Source: Gammaproteobacteria bacterium
GTDB taxonomy: Bacteria; Pseudomonadota; Gammaproteobacteria; VBWC01
DNA length: 64,000 bases
Assembly: GCA_006218035.1 (NCBI GenBank)
Contig: VBWC01000006.1
Location: forward strand, 6,266-70,265
Direction of reading: 5' to 3'
Shown here: positions 63,395 through 64,000 of the stretch, in pieces
How positions within the stretch are numbered: position 1 is the first letter of the stretch
Layout of the letters: every line of letters starts with the position of its first letter
The notes under the pieces: model-generated
Seen by the model: the letters and a program-made list of their open reading frames with translations, nothing else
What the model was told of the DNA's origin: nothing
Databases searched by the model: none
Position numbers and translations under genes: made by a program

Positions 63395-63645
63395 ATCCCG
63401 TTTTATCCGCATGGCCTTGAGTCGGCCGCTGGCTTCGACGCAGCACGGTCGGCAGCAACTTAAAGCGTTCTAGTTCAATAGACTAAGCGTGACTATCCGG
63501 CGCCGCACGGCACCATGATGTTCATTGACAGTCGCGCCGGGCCCATGAGACGCTTCGAACTGATCCCATACCGGTGGTTGCGGGAGTGGCCTTTGTAGCC
63601 GCGCTTCTTTTTGTTTCAGACAAATCGAAAGGGGGGTACCTGTCT

Positions 63646-63888
63646 ATGTACGGTGCACGTCACGACCTGACTGAGGAATTTCCGGAATTCGCAAGAACCA
63701 TCCACACACTGAAATCCAGCAATACCGACTTCTCCCGATTGCTGTACGAATATGACGGTACGGACAAGAAGATCTACGGCATCGAACAGATGATGCAACC
63801 CGTCTCCGACGCCTACATCGGCGAGCTGAAAAAACGCCGCCTCGCATTAAAAGATCGATTGTTCGCGATACTCCGGAACCAGCACTAG
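63646..63888 (+). CDS. YdcH/DUF465 family protein
   Basis: HDLTEEFPEF...LKKRRLALKD. Confidence 0.88.
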   Translation: MYGARHDLTEEFPEFARTIHTLKSSNTDFSRLLYEYDGTDKKIYGIEQMMQPVSDAYIGELKKRRLALKDRLFAILRNQH

Positions 63889-64000
63889 ATTCACGCGACC
63901 CTGCGGGCTGGCCCGGCCGGTACCGCCCATACGCCCGACCGTTCAAGCCATCGCGGTGACACAGTAACCGTCACCGCGGCGGTTGCGTGCGCGTTGGCTA

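Overview
GC-rich chromosomal window from a gammaproteobacterium, probably a sulfur oxidizer (standalone homo-oligomeric-type sat next to a TauE exporter). It is mostly core genes: hemJ, priA, argS, a SPOR/FtsN-like gene, speA/speE, glnK-amtB, ubiK, comM, uvrD, fabA-fabB, a fadE-fadI-fadJ-fadD-thioesterase operon, split nrdJa/b, hsp20, an aldehyde dehydrogenase and cca. I saw no rRNA, tRNA, CRISPR array, prophage or transposase. Points worth a second look: (1) an overlapping pair of exported FGE/SUMF1-fold genes, one fused to a di-haem c module with a CxxxxC loop and the other with HxxxxH in that loop, with no sulfatase in the window; (2) a DnaA-box cluster with an IHF-like site and AT-rich tract upstream of priA; (3) an orphan promoter/C(UUCG)G terminator unit suggesting an sRNA or leader; (4) two related nested MITE/REP-like elements, one overlapping the priA stop codon; (5) a tandem pair of unknown secreted proteins, the second broken; (6) pseudogenes eroded by internal deletions (fetAB-like, nitroreductase) that the ORF track misses or only partly shows. 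All calls are by eye; no searches were run.
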